64,000 nucleotides of DNA from Eledone cirrhosa. Lineage: Eukaryota. The notes under the pieces are model-generated. The model saw nothing but the letters and a program-made list of their open reading frames with translations. It had not been told where the DNA came from and did not search any database. The stretch spans positions 43,276,001 through 43,340,000 of the forward strand of contig OZ024752.1 in assembly GCA_964016885.1 (NCBI GenBank), written 5' to 3'. Made by a program: the position numbers and the translations under genes. Positions 39,720 to 55,051 of the stretch are shown here, in pieces (position 1 is the stretch's first letter; the number at the start of each line of letters is the position of its first letter).

Positions 39720-39974
39720 TTTATATATGTATATATATTGCTTTTTGCTTTGGTCCCACTCGGTCACAAATGATCATTGTTTTGCACCTAGAAACTCATT
39801 TCTACAGCTGAGTAAACTGGGGCAACATGAAATAAAGTGTCTTGCTCAAGGAAACAACACATCACCCGGTCCGAGAATCAAACTCAGAAACTTTCAATTG
39901 CAAGCCCAATGCTCTAACCACTAAGTCACGCGCCTTCACATACACACTCACATATATATATATATATATATATC

Positions 39975-40412
39975 ATGATCATCACCGTTTTACGTCCGTT
40001 CTTCCACACTAGCATGGGTTAGACGGGTTGTCCTGTTGTGGGTAGTGTCCGGTCAGCTGACCTTGTCTTGCTCATACGGGAACTGATTCTGGCTTGATTT
40101 CTACAGCTGGATGCCCTTCCTAACACCAACCTCATTTGCAGTGAGTGCTGGGTGCTTTTTTTTCCCTGGCATCTACACGACCACTTTACAGTGTGGGCTG
40201 GGTGCCTTTTTGCCGTGGCACCTCCACAACCACTTTGCAGTGGAATGAAAGGGACCCCAGTCCTATCATCTCATTTCTACAACTGAGTAAACTGGAGCAA
40301 TGTGAAATAAAGTGTCTTGCTCAAGGAAACAACACATCACCCGGTCCGAGAATTGAACTCAAAACCTTTCGATTGCAAGCCCAATACTCTAACCACTAAG
40401 CCATGCACCTTC
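39975..40412 (-). mobile_element. Full-length Ceph-type tRNA-SINE (partial copy adjacent at 39795-39937)
   Basis: Same A/B boxes, core and tail. Partial copies also at 4741-4886, 5245-5360, 11090-11310, 26550-26690, 28995-29140, 34430-34580, 39290-39425. Confidence 0.88.
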
Positions 40413-40487
40413 ACACACACACATAGAAAGAGAGAGAGAGAGAGAGAAGAATGGTGTACTAAGAAGGGAGGTGTTTTTTATTCGTAC

Positions 40488-40608
40488 CTAGCTGATATGA
40501 GGAATTATTGATAGACCATCCAACTCTGACAACATGAGGATGTTCTTCTCTATGGTCGTCACCAAAATTAGCAGGTAGATGTTCAATCACATGAACCTCA
40601 TAAAACAC
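40488..40608 (-). CDS. HNRNPUL1: hnRNP U/U-like exon (SPRY: VFYEVHV...HVVRVGWS...QLG)
   Basis: HVVRVGWS motif; tttcag acceptor, gtacga donor; 121 nt. Confidence 0.92.
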
Positions 40609-41733
40609 CTGAAAAATAACAACACAGATTTCAAATTATTTATTTTTGACAAAAATTTAAATTTTAAAAACAAATGATCAAATAGACACACATACAGACA
40701 CACAAAAATAAACATTGTTTGGTAACTAAGTTATAATAAAACAATCTAAAGTGTAGATATATATGTTAAAGTTAAAAACGTAATATATGTAACATAAAAA
40801 CACAGTGTCAATATACATATGTATATATATATATCTACACATATACATATATATACACACACACACGCATTAATAGATGAAGAGGTTTTAATCAGTTTTA
40901 ACCTAGAGAGGTCATTAGGTGTAGAGTAACAGATGTTTATTCCTTAATGATGTAGTCATACCTCTTGTACCGTAAAGGGTTTCTCCAAGCCTAACCAATA
41001 GTCATGAGGTGGGGATGTTGTGTTACATGACCAATATTTGTAACAGGTGGAGTGTAGTGGTGTTGTGTTATATGACCAAAGCAGCACGAGAGGTGGAGTG
41101 TGGTGGTATCGTTTTACAAAGCTCAATATTTGCGAGAGGTTACCACTTATGAGAAATGTAAATAGCAATCAAGATATGTATGAGAAGTGTATGTAGACAT
41201 ATGACAGCAGATCTAGTTTATACAACATTTTTTAAATCAATACATTCATAACAGATATGGTGATGCATGCGTCTTACACAACTGGTGTCAAGATTACACC
41301 ACAGCTAGTGCCAACGTTACAACACATTTGGTGCCAACACCACATGTAGTGTCAACGTTACACTACATCTATTGCCAGCACCATATCTAGTGTCAACATT
41401 ACACCACATCTGGTGTCAACTAAGAAGACATGAGGATTCAACCAAGACGAATTACTGGATGAGGGGAAAGTGGTAGAGAAATAAAACCAGAAACTACTTG
41501 AAAAAGAAATGGACCCTGCAACAGTTATCGTTCTATAGAGGAATATCAATTAAGAGACATACAATGTCATTGTTGATTACATTGAAAAATATAAGTGGAG
41601 AAAATAATTAAACAGCCTTATTGGAGAATTTGAAAGTTGGTCAAGAATTATTCCATGATGAAATAAAGCCATTCTCTTACAGAATGTTAAAACTCAGTTT
41701 TTTAAGTAACATTAGCTGAAATGAATATTAAAA

Positions 41734-41771
<38 letters not shown>

Positions 41772-42566
41772 TATACTTCTGAAAAAATGAAAAGGATAAA
41801 TAAATAAAAATATAATTTAATCCAAAGCAAATAATGGCTATTCTGCTGCCTTCCTTATTTTGACTTTTTTTTTTTTTTTATGTCATTTATCGAGAAAGGA
41901 GAAAGTGAAAGATGATTCTGCTTTTGTCACACCCAGTCAGGATAATTCATCATTGAAATTATAGATTTTTCACCCCTGAGTAATTTCCACAGTTGTAAAT
42001 CCTTTCGAGAAGGCTTTCTTAAATTGTGTCAAATTAACTAGAAACTGCAGAAACAACTCCATCAACCAGACAACAATGAAGATCATCAATAAAATATCAA
42101 TCAATAGAAATCAGCCAAACTTTGACAATCACAGTAAAACATTCCATTTTAATATCTCCTTTGTGTGCCAGTTACTGTCGAGATCTCTGATGTACTTAGT
42201 TCCTGAAGGGGACTAAATACCAGGCATTGACCGCCCGCTTCCATTGTGTGTGACAGTCACTGTCGTCAAGACCTCCAATGTCCTTGGTCCCTAGACTGCT
42301 GTTTTCTTCCGCCAAATCAAGACAAGGGCATCATGTCTGAGGTAGGGACCTTTTATGAAGTGGAATGGTTGATGCAGCTGGTATCGACGGCTGTTCTCTG
42401 TGGCAATGCTTTGACCAGCTTGTCCATTGGGTGTAACTAATATATACTGTCCAGCCAAGGGTATATACACACATCAAGCCAAGATTGTAGGAATTTCTAC
42501 CCTCCTCATTTATAATTTTGAGTGGTTATAGCATTCTTAACCCATTTCATATAAACTACCCTTGCT

Positions 42567-42773
42567 TTAACCCTTTAGCATTTATACTGATTGTATCCGG
42601 TCAGAATTCTCTCATCTCTTTCTGTTCAAACCGACCAGAACCAACTGCTCATACTTATGTTAAGGTATTATAAATAATATCAAAATCTCATAGATTCGAT
42701 ATTATGTGAGATAAAGCCTTTACCACAAAAATACAATAGTAAATATAGAGTAATGTAAATGGTAAAGGGTTAA
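42567..42773 (+). mobile_element. piggyBac-like MITE (TTAA-CCCTTT...AAAGGG-TTAA)
   Basis: TTAA on both sides and ~14-bp TIRs. Related copies at 26153-26343, 37137-37225, 37991-38286, 51500-51708 and partially 24500-24610. Confidence 0.75.
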
Positions 42774-45700
42774 GGTTCCAAAAGTATTTATTTTAAAATA
42801 TCGATATTTTGCTGAAACCTATCGTAATTTTATGTAAGAATCTTTATGTTCCAAACACCAGCTTCATAATGAGAAAGTTCGTTATATTACTGAATCCCTG
42901 GGTAGGTAGGTTGGTAGAATCAATCACTCAACTATGAAACCAACACTTGTTATGAAGGTAGACAGGTACGTAATTAGTAACCTAGGCAGGTAGGCAAGCC
43001 TATAACCTGTCTTGGGGTTCAACATTATAGGAATGAAGTTTGAATTTGTGAATATGGGGTCAGCAGTCCTTCAATACACACTCACTCACACACACATTTG
43101 TGAAATGTGGTCGTCTCAACACAAATGACTATTATTATAATCATTTACATTGTGATGACCACATTTCAAATTTTTCCTATGTTCACACACTCTCACACAC
43201 ACCCATCAATGCATCTAAATAAAAGCAGGGAAAATGGCCTTGCAGACCCCTTGACAAGCTTCTCAATTTTCCTATCTGCATCCCACACTTCACCAACTCC
43301 CATTTTCTGTTCCAACACCTTTAGCCATGCCTTTCTTGGTCATCTCTTTCCTTCCACATTCATTTCCATCACTCCTCTCACCGTCACTTTCATCCTTTTT
43401 CAATACAGAAACCAACAATCTCATTCCATTTCTCTTTACAACATTTACCAATCTCTATTCCTCTCACCCATTCACTTTCAGCAATCCTCACATGACCCAA
43501 CCACTTCATTCCATTTCTCTAGATCTCAAAGCCGTAGGTATATATTTTAAAAATTCAATATATCTTTCAAAAGAACTTGCTGACAATGACTTTATAAAGT
43601 CAATTGATAGTCACGAAGTTGATAAAGTGTTGTTAAAATTATTTCTTCAATCCTTCAAGCAAAACATCAATATACTATTACCAAACTCTATTTTTCTAAT
43701 CGAGGGATTCACTGAAAATAAAACACACCCAACAAAACATTTTTATAGAAATTTACCCCAGATTAAGCTCTTAATTAAAATAACTATCACATTGATATTC
43801 CATGAAACCATGCCAAACTATGGAATGTGTGAGCAAAATGTCCTTCTTCAACCCATTCAACCCATGCCAGCATGGGAAGCAGACATAAAAGTGATGATCT
43901 ACCAAAGCTATATAAACAACCATTTTTTCCTATAACATTCTGTAAATGTGTGTTTATGTTTCCACAGACACACAAATATATGTATGTATGTATACATGTG
44001 TATTTACACACAACCAAGTCTTAGTTTAATTCAAATCAGTCATATTTGTTAATGAGCAGGCAATAAATTGGAGAGAGAAGAAAATATAGTGATTTAATGA
44101 AAAAAAATTTTTTTAAATAATAAATAAAAAACTGAAAAGAATTGTTGAAATAACTGGGTAGATTGTACACTACTAGCTACCTAGTGTAGAATCAGAGCAA
44201 TTGTAGAAGCATGCATACATAGATGGAGGAGCAATGAAGTGACTACCACTTAGGGGAAAACACTACCATTACAAGTTGAGGGCAGCAGACAACAGAAAAG
44301 ACAAAACAATGGAAATAGACTAACATGCAAAACAGTTGGGTTAACAAGTAACAGTAACCTGACACATAGCCAATCTTCTTAAAACAAACTTGTACACACA
44401 CATACACAGTTATTATGTACATATTAAATATTATCCCCACACTCCCTTATTTTTTAATTCTTCCTTTTTAAATAATAATTATAATGAAAATTATTGTGTA
44501 CAGTGCTGAGGTGCACTACAACTCATCAAAGGTGCAGAAGAAAAAAAAGATCACAAGTATTTTCTTCTTTAGCTTTAATTAAAACCTTCTAATAACAAAC
44601 CACCCGTTTTAAAGTGTTTATATTTATCTAAAAACCTTAAATTATAAATTGGTCTGAGTTCAAATCCCGCCGAAGTTAACTTTGCCTTTCATCCTTACGG
44701 GATTGATAAAATAAAGTACCCTGGGATGATTGCTGGCCTTGTGCCAAAAGTAGAAATAATTATAAATTATGTAAGAACCTGTTATATTCCAAATAACACG
44801 AAACCACACATAACTCTATGATACAAAACTTTATTTTAAAGTGTTTATATTTATCCACCCTACAAAAAAAAAAAAACCTTCCATCATAATTTTATTTAAG
44901 AACCTTTGTTAAGTTATGTTCCAAACCAACTGACACTATCCTTGGTTCTATGATACAAAATTGATTGAGGAAATTAGTTATATTACTAAATCCCTCCAAA
45001 TTCTATTAGATCAAGTAACGGGAACACATATGTAAGAATTAAATATTTAAGAGGTTGTATTAAAAACATTTTTGCAAATTAGCAGCCAAGCTAAGTGGAA
45101 TATATATATATATCTAAGGCGGGTAAAATTCCCGAGATCCATGGACAAGTTCTCTCCTGCGGTCTCTGTCCCTCATTCTCGCTGCCATGGCAGCGATAAT
45201 ATATATATATATAAAACTAAATATAGTCTAATATTTCTACTGTAGTGATCATATATTAATAATGTTACTAACTTAGATATCTCAGGATTAAACTGAATAT
45301 AAATAAAGTTCAGTAAACTGTAACATATCTCAATGTTCTGAACCACATAAAACCACGTTAGCAAAACATTCCTGAAGAGATAATAAGCACTATAGCTGTG
45401 CCACATTAAAAAAATCAAAATCTTTAATCCCACAAATTTCAAAAATGCTAAAGATACAATAAACATTTGAATTAACAAATCTGTTTTTAGATATTTTCTG
45501 CTAATTTATTATAAGGAATTAAGAGTTAATTAACAACCAGGTATAGTCAACATTATTTTTAGTATAAAATCCCCCCCAAGGTTAACTTTGCCTTTCATCC
45601 TTACGGGGTCGATAAAATAAAGCACCAGTAATACACTGGGGTAGTGCCAAAAGTAGAAACATTTTTTTAGTATAAAATCCCTGAGGTTAACTTTGCCGTT

Positions 45701-46767
45701 CATCCTTACGCGGTCGTTAAAATAAAGTACCAGTAATGCACTGGGGTAATTGCTGGCTCTGTGCCAAAAGTAGAAACAATTATTTTATAAAAGTTGAAAC
45801 ATTAAAGAATTGAGGTCTTTAGTCTAATACTACACATTTCCACAACTATCCACTAATAAAGATAATATAAATATTTGAATTAACAAACCTGTTTTCTCTT
45901 AAATCATTTCAAAGTGTTAACAGTTAAAAATCAGTATAAGTTCATTTTATCTTAGCTCCACCATTCATTTTAATTAACCTAAGCTAAAACAAATAAACAT
46001 GGAAGCCTCTTAGATGGTCACTCAACCAAACCTCCCTTAAATCAAACCTTACCCTTAATAATAAAAAAAATTTAAAAAAAAGAAGTAAAATAAAGGAATA
46101 ACACATTGGTATTGTAGTTGTAGGTAGAGTCTGAAATAAAGATGATATGGTGCAGGCATTGTAATTAGAAGGCCAAATTGTAACAGTGTTGTTGAAAATA
46201 TGGCACTGGAGGTGGGGGGGGTGTAGAGAATATACGAGTCAGGGCAAGATAAGAACACAGAGGAAGCTGCTTATAATGTAGTATATATTCAACAGAGATG
46301 TGGTGATGTTAATATACAAAGTGTTGAGTATAAAATGGTATGTAGATTCAGTTGAAATAATCTGAGGCAAATGATGGGAGGTTGGGGGAAGGGGGGTTAG
46401 AAAGTAGAAGAAGAAAAAAAAAACATGACTTTCTGAGCAAGAAGACCTGTGGGGAATCCTATAAGTACAGACTCCTCTTAGACTAAGCCATTGAGAACAT
46501 TTATAAAAGAATATATCAGATATGAGGAGCTTACAGTAGCAAACCGAGTTGGTCTATCATGCTGTTCCTGGTATAAACATGAACACAGCACTCCCGTTAG
46601 CCCTTTTCACAGCAACCCAGCCAAAACAAGTACTGGTTCTATGGACCAAAACCACACATTTAGATAAGGATCATAGGTCAATTATATATATATGTTATTT
46701 TTATCTAAAGACATTTTTTCCAATTCCATCCCACCCGTCCCTTCAATCTATTTTATTTCTCAATCTC

Positions 46768-46803
46768 TTTTCTGATGAAGGACTAGCGTCCGAAACGTTA
46801 AGA
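46768..46803 (+). ncRNA. Minimal hammerhead motif in a pLTR-like fragment (46730-46890)
   Basis: CUGAUGA-A-GGAC-UAGC-GUCC-GAAACGUUA; palindromic AACGUU stem III, weak stem I. Inverted homologue at 28735-28880. Confidence 0.7.
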
Positions 46804-46892
46804 TGCTCTTCCTGCTATATCAAGCGTTAACCTAATATATACCTTCCATATACTGTACCGATTGTGTTGTTATTTCTGTTTACCTTTTACAT

Positions 46893-46939
<47 letters not shown>

Positions 46940-47331
46940 TATATACATATATATGCATGTATATACTAATATATAATGCTCCGACTTGCCTCATTTATAC
47001 AGGTCGTTTACCGCTTCTTTTTATCTGCTTTGCAACCGACAGACCATAACGTGGTCTGCACATCTCTGTTTGGTTAACCCCATACTCTATACATAATTTT
47101 AGCTATATCAAATTTTCAAATTTCAATCATATTTTATTATTTGTTTGATTCGAATAGCTTGGTCGTTTCTATGGCTTTGCGGATAATGGTTTAACCATCG
47201 TCTCAGTGTGTTTGGCCTTTTAACGTATGTTGTTGCTCTAGTTCACTAGTTTCTATGAAGCGCTTGCCACACATCTCGAAAGTTGTTTTTCGCTAATTTT
47301 CAATAGCCGAAATGCGATTCTCACTAATTTA

Positions 47332-47359
<28 letters not shown>

Positions 47360-47368
<9 letters not shown>

Positions 47369-47520
47369 TACGTCTGTCTTTCACTATTTGCTGCTCTCCT
47401 TTACAATCACCAGCCATACAAATTTCATGTCTATACCAGTGCAGCCTATCCAGTTGCATGTTATATCCAATTTCTCTTAAGCCCAGTTTTTTCTCTCTCA
47501 ACTCCTTTGAATTTCACGAT
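47360..47520 (-). mobile_element. Short RTE LINE C-terminal remnant
   Basis: REKKLGLR.I...Q..RLHWY.H resembles the RTE C-terminus. Confidence 0.5.
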
Positions 47521-48580
47521 TCATTAAACACCATTACTTACACACATACAAATGTATATATGTATGTGCACAGAGAGGAGGTTACTGTAAACACAAAAAT
47601 GCTGAATAAGGTGATTTAGTTTTGTGTGGTGAATGCTGTCACTGCACCAGCACAAACGAATTACTGTAAAAGATATCTTATTTGAAGATAATTGTTTATA
47701 TCGGGGAGACAAAATTACAGATATAACAGACAAACAGATATAACATGACAAACAGATGTGAGAACTACTTGCTAGTTGGGAAAATGGATAATAAGTGACG
47801 AGGATAATGATGATGTTGAAAGTTTTCTACAGAAAATATCAAATTGAAGATCTTTATATACAATATTGGTATAATAATGTCACATTTATTGTGGGGATTA
47901 CACAGCATATCAAAGTAATTTTGGTGAGGTACAATAGATCTGCTTTATAAGCTGCCATCTTACTTTCTCCAAATAACCACACACTCCACACATTATATAC
48001 ATATATATATATATAGAGAGAGAGATTTTTTACATGTCTGTAACAACTTCCAGAAATCACTGAAATGGCAGGCAGAAAGTTGTCAAAATTGTTGATAAAA
48101 TTGAATTTGTGTTCCATCAGAGAGGAATTCCCAACAATAGATAGAAATATATATATATATACATATACACACACACCCAATCTTCTACCTAGCACAAACA
48201 ACAACCAGGTAGGTGTCACTATTACCTGGGACATTCAATATCATACTGTTGATTGACAGATCGTTATATTTAAACAACCTGATTAGTTTTCAGCAGACAA
48301 AATAATATCACCGTCCCTTAAAAAGATTTGAACATCTAAAACTTTCAAACGCTAAACATCTTTAATAACCTATGTTTTTAATCAGGTCCAGCCATACGTT
48401 TAATAAGTTATATTTACAAACAGGTGACATACAGAAACACACACATATATACATATATAAATATGTATATATACATATATATATACTTCCAGCCATACAT
48501 TAATATATATATATATATATATATAGTTGCTGAAAATAATCTGAAAAAGAAATGTTGTGATGGTGACATTTTATGAATAC

Positions 48581-48668
48581 CTTTCCTCTGGTTACGCCAT
48601 AAGTGGCCCTGGCTCCAGCCCACGTGAAACAGAACCCATCTGGCTCAGTCAAGCTCTTTGCTCCATAG
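48581..48668 (-). CDS. HNRNPUL1: hnRNP U/U-like exon (SPRY: GFCFTWAGARATYGVTRGK)
   Basis: Conserved WAGARATYGV motif; tctag acceptor, gtattc donor; 88 nt with compatible phases. Confidence 0.92.
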
Positions 48669-51600
48669 CTAGATAAAAATATACATACAACAATACAAGT
48701 CCAAGTGGTAAAATACACAGGCTAGATCTAAAAAAATATAGCAATACATCAAATATATATATATATATATATATACTTCAAATGACAGATGAACTAAAGC
48801 TTGACTCAAATATTTTAGTGGGTTTCATACTATAAACTTTGTTACAATAAACATTTGTACGGTGTATTGTGAGAACTTAATAGTTTGTAAGCTGTTGTTC
48901 AGGTTACTTGGTGTCTTCTAGAAGATATTGACTTAAGCTGTTGTTCAGGTAGTAGAGAAATAATTCTCTGCTAGAACAACACAACTATAGAACTACTTGA
49001 ATGATTGCTGACATCACTGAAAACAATTCATAAATATATATTGACAGTTGAAATAGATTGGCCATAATCCATTGAGTTTTAAATCTCTTTAGCCTATTAA
49101 TCACTTAATATACAAGCAAATATCAAAATATTACTTGTGAAACAGTTCAATAAGCTGAAATAGAATTTAAGAAAATTGATCCAAGCTACAAAACCTGCTT
49201 AGAAAATACCAGCAACAGAATGGAATTCCTTTAAAACTGTCAGCAAATCAAAATATATTTCTAAGATAAACTGACAACTTTTCTTATTCAAAAGAAAGTA
49301 AATAAATAAATGTATTAAAATACCAATATGCTCGAAACTTTCCTTGGTTCAATGATACTAAACTGTTTGTTTTAAAGTATTTATCTAAATGTGTTCCATC
49401 ATAAGTCCATGTAAGAACTTTTGTTAAGTTATGTTCCAAACAGCAGTTTAATAATGAGAAAGTTAGTAATATTACTAAGCCTCTTCTAATTCTTGATTAC
49501 ATATGTTATGATATTCAAATCCCTTTGAAAGTAGTGCCTTTCATTAGGAATATGGTAATGAAAGGCAAATATGTTCTATCCATAAGCCTCCAAAAACTAG
49601 AAGTGGTCCATTCAATATGTATTTCATTATTACATAATAGTATGTATTTAAAACAGGATGATGTAAAAAGCACTGGTAGAAGCTAAGTGGAAGTTGGTCA
49701 AATTAACCCAAAATATTTAACCCATTTCATACCAACCCACCCAAAACCATCTCTGATTCTATTATATAAAACCACCAGTATTTGATGTACAAACATTTTA
49801 TGTTCTAAACACCATCTAAAAAAGGAAAACATTTGTTACTTCTTTAAATCCATCAAAATTCTTTATTACTTTCATAGGCAGTTTGGCAGTCTATCTAATT
49901 TAGAAATATGGCCAGAAAAATGTTTATGAAATCAAATACATCACTATGTATGAATTAACCTAGGTTTTTCCTGTAAAATATTATTAGACAATCGGATTGA
50001 CAGAAGTTGATAACAAAGTAGATAGGTTCTGCCATTGATAGCCGGGGAAAATTGACATTAAATGATGATGATGAGCAATTGCTAAATACCTGGTTCAAAC
50101 CTCAGGAGACATTTTGCTCTCTCTCAGACTGGAGCTTAGTTTTCAATTTCTATGATAGTACTTATTAGACAAAGGCTGCAGGTTATCCAAGGTCTCCAAA
50201 CAAGACTAACCTTAAATGCAGAAGTTACCCCAGTTCCATATGGTATTAAATGACAGAGTACAAGGACCACACTTGGCTACGACAGGATAAACACAAGCTG
50301 CCATTCATTTCCAACTGAGTGGACTGCAGCAATGTGCAATGAGGTGCCTTGCTCAAGGACATGTCACCCAGCCCAACAACTGAACTTGTTATAATATGAT
50401 TGTGAGCCCAACACTGTAACTCCTAAGCTGTCTATATGTAAATATAATTTCACACTGGAAATATAACTATTATATATCTCCTGCTTATATGCTGTTTTTT
50501 GCTTGGTTTTCTACGGCCGGATGTCCTTCTTGGTTGGTGATAGAAAGGGCATCCGACCATAGAAAATCAAGCTAAAAATAGAGTACATTAGCAAGAGGTG
50601 CCCACATAATGTAACAGCCTCTCTAACTTATACAAGCATGGAAAATAGATGTTAAACAGTAATGATGATGATGATGATGATGATGATGATTATATATGTC
50701 CCTGCACTCTACAGCATTACGGAGATTGTCTTGTCATGTTTACAACACAGATGAAGAGTCTACCCGAGATTTTGTTTGGCAGGTTTTCTATGACTGGATG
50801 TCCTTCCTTTAAACTTATATTTTGTTGGCAAAAATGCAGAGATTCTAATGGTTTTTATTTCAATAATGTGGTTTATTCTTAACCGAGTTATGTCATTTTA
50901 AAGTTAATGTTTAAGAACCTGCATTCATTTCTGAACAACCTGATAGCAAAGGTTATAGATTCATGCTGATTTTTTAAAACAGGGAAAAGTCTCATCCTTC
51001 ATTTTAACATCCTGTACTGCATGAAACTACATTAGCAAAACATTCTTGAAAAATACAAAACAGCACTATGATTGCATCACATTAAAAATGGAAGTCTTTA
51101 CTTTAATACAATGATCTGTCCACTATTAAAGGTATTATAAACATCTTAACTAATAAACCTGTTTTTATGACATCTAGAGTGCTGAGAGTCAAATGACTGA
51201 ATCCAGTAAAATAATATATGTATATTCATTTATTCTTTGGTTTCTAGTAATAAAATGGTGTAACCCATTTGATTCCAACTCAGCTAAAACTTGTTCTGGT
51301 TCTATGCAACAAAACACCCATTTTAAAGGGGTCTTACTAATCTTCCATAATAATTTGATATAAGAACCTTTTGTTCAGTTACTAACTCAGTAATGAAATA
51401 ATTAATAAATCCTTCAAAATTCTTCATTAATTGATTGAAATAGGGTATATTTAATTAAAAATATAGTCATGAAAGGGTTAAAATTCGACATTATCTGCTG
51501 CCTTAAACCGTTGGTATTTAAACCAGCCAGAATTCTCATACCTCTTTCTGTTCAAACCGGTTGTGACCGGCCACTCATACTTATGTTAAGGTATTGTTCT

Positions 51601-51835
51601 CAAAATAAATAACATCAAAATCTCATAGATTTGATACTATGTGAGATAAAGCCTCTTAGGTGAAAATACAATAGTAAATATAGAGTAATGTGAATGCTAA
51701 AGGGTTAAGAATCTCATGTAAAGAGAAGAGTAGTTAAGCGTAGTTGAGAAATTCTATTTAATACCTAATTAATTAAGTTAGCTTAATCATGTAGTAAAGA
51801 GAAACTCAAGAACAATAGGAAGCGCAAGTCCTTAC

Positions 51836-51982
51836 CAATCAGCGTCAATAACTAAATTTAAATCAGAATTGTAAAAATCCAGAGCAGTGATTCCTTCGTC
51901 AATTCTTGGGTCATCTGGTCCAACTTCAGCTTTGGCTGAAGACTCCTGTTGTGGCCATTTTGAAGGTCCTCGAGACGGAATG
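51836..51982 (-). CDS. HNRNPUL1: hnRNP U/U-like exon (pre-SPRY: IPSRGPSKW...TALDFYNSDLNLVIDAD)
   Basis: cacag acceptor, gtaag donor; resembles the hnRNP U LDTYNCDLHF segment; phase 2 joins the next exon. Missed by the ORF track. Confidence 0.85.
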
Positions 51983-54033
51983 CTGTGATAGGAAAAACCA
52001 GTTCTTGCCTTTCAAAATTAAATCAATTTAAAAAAAAAAAAAAAAGCAAAAAAAAATTTTTTTTTTCAATAAATAAGATAATTGTTCTTTGTCCAGTGTT
52101 AAATAAAATCCTTGCCCAGAATGTTAAAATAATTAAAACTTGACTGTTGTTAGTCCTTGTACATCAACAACAACATGACAAATTATAGAGCCAAATGATA
52201 GAACATCCCCCACACACTCCTTAATGTTGTAAGTCTTTATACAGCAACAACACATGATAGAATATCTCAGCCCACTCCTTAATATTGTACGGCTGCTCAC
52301 ATCAACAATAACAGTTATAATACAATGATGACTATGCCCACCCTAACTCTCAATAGCAACAAGACAAATTATAGAATATCCGAGTCTTAAAAATAGTTTC
52401 CTTGGTCAGTTTTCAGTGAAGTTGGAATCAGGTAAAATCATGTCAAAACTATAAATAAATAATGTTTTCTGAATTAGGCACAAGGCCAACAATTTTAGGG
52501 GAAAGGGAAAGTCAATTGAATCGACTCCAGTGCATTACTGGTACCTTATTTTATTGACCCCGTAAGGATGAAAGGTGGTAAAGCTAACCTCGACGGGATT
52601 TGAACTCAGAACATAAAAGGCCATAACTCTATGCCGTTAAGCATGATGTCCGAAGCTCTACCGATACTGCCAATATCAAATTTAAATATGGAACATAAAA
52701 AAAAATCTTTTAAGTTTTTCATCATTGAGGTAATTATTAAAAATAAGTGAGAAATATTTTAAATACCGTCTTTCTTTTGGCCTACACAACCATTTGAATT
52801 GCTTAATATATATATATATATATATGCTCAGAGAGGTACCAGATCCTACTTAGGTAAAGGACAACTGACGTGGAGTGCTTAAGCCTTCATTGATTGCCCT
52901 GATAAAATACAACACTGACAATCAACTGACATTGATATTAAGACAACTATCTATGTGTGTGCGGGCACTCACACACACTGAGTAATCTAACTAAACTTCA
53001 CACTGTCACTGTTGAGGGCCTGTATAAATCTTCAGCTGAATAACTTAAATTTCTAACCAACACACAAGATACATACACTTATATCCCAATCAATAGATTA
53101 AGTACTCAAGACATAAAACTGTACAGAGACAATGCTTCCAATTCTTGTAAATCTCCCCATATTTGTTTGATTGTTTGTTAACTATTAACTCAGTACAGTG
53201 AGAAGGAAGCTGGTTTCCTAGATTGGGTCTAATTTGAACTTTAACAGCGACTTCTTTATAAGTATCCAATCTAAATATGTCTTCTTTTTGTCTCTTTATA
53301 GAGCAGAAATCTCTAAGCCATCCTCTCTGTACAGTTGTATATTGACAAACAATTCATCAGCAATGTAAATCATCAATGTGGATATAGATAAAACAATTAG
53401 GAAATAACTAAAACGTTTACAGTTAAAACATTCAATAAATTCAGAAAAATACTCTGTAAAAATGTGAAAGACTGAAGAAAGTTGTTGGAAAATTCGATAG
53501 AAGAATTAACTGTAGCATCAAATATTATATTTGTATTTCATTGATAAAGAAAAGATAACTTTCCTTATAACATAATATATCTATATATAGAAGGATAGTC
53601 TTTGAAGTAGTTTTATAAAGAGTTAGTATTTATTGTAGCATGCTAGACAAACACACAATACTTTATTCAATCATGTGTATTTTTTTTTTTTTCACTTAAG
53701 ATTTATCTATATATATATATAAAAAAAAAAAAAAAAAAGATTTAAAAAAAAAACACCATAATAATGATAACAGTAATAATTATATATTATAAAATATTTT
53801 CAGAAATAAAATATCAAAATACATAATTTTAAATTTCTAAATTGTTGGTATTTTAATATTGATTGAAATGGAGGTACATATATTATTTATCTTCACATAT
53901 ACCTTGGAATAGAAGTACATATATCATATCTTCAAATATACTGTGAAACGAGAATGTATATGTCATATATCTTCATACATACGGTGGAACAGAAGTGCAA
54001 ATATAAATACATATATATATATATATATATACA

Positions 54034-54135
<102 letters not shown>

Positions 54136-54308
54136 TATATATATATATATATATATATTATATCTATATATATATATTATATCTATATACATATATATAT
54201 TACATCTATATACATATATATATTATATCTATATACATATATATATATTATATCTATATACATATATATATTATATCTATATACATATATATATACATAT
54301 ATATATAC

Positions 54309-54383
<75 letters not shown>

Positions 54384-54391
54384 CACATATA

Positions 54392-54463
<72 letters not shown>

Positions 54464-54597
54464 GATATATATATATATATGTATATATATATGTATGTAT
54501 ATATAAATATTATATATATTATATATATATATATATGTATATATATATGTATGTATATATAAATATTATATATATATATATGTATGTATATATATAT

Positions 54598-54631
<34 letters not shown>

Positions 54632-54649
54632 TATAAATATTATATATAT

Positions 54650-54685
<36 letters not shown>

Positions 54686-54699
54686 AATATTATATATAT

Positions 54700-54735
<36 letters not shown>

Positions 54736-55051
54736 TGTATATATATGTACTTATATATATATATATATATAAATACATATATATATATATACTGTGAAAA
54801 AGAAGGTTCACTCTAAACTAATTGTACCCATCTCAAATAATAAAATTATAATAATAATAAAAAAAAGAATATATTATATTAAAAGCATGCTAATCTATTT
54901 TAAAATAAATTTAGGCAGTCATTGACAAATGAAATTCAATTAGGTTTAATTGTATAATTTAACGACTTCATTGCTGAAAGCTGAAACTGGAAACGAGAAA
55001 AACAAAGTGATTTGTCATGAATGAACGGAACACATTTATAGTAAATAGTTG

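Noticed and set aside
41440-41660. Possible transposase remnant
   Set aside because: Multiple stops and only vague similarity; cannot be assigned.
43107-43935. 147-aa and 202-aa plus-strand ORFs in an intron
   Set aside because: Low-complexity C/T-rich sequence with no domain; probably decayed repeat.
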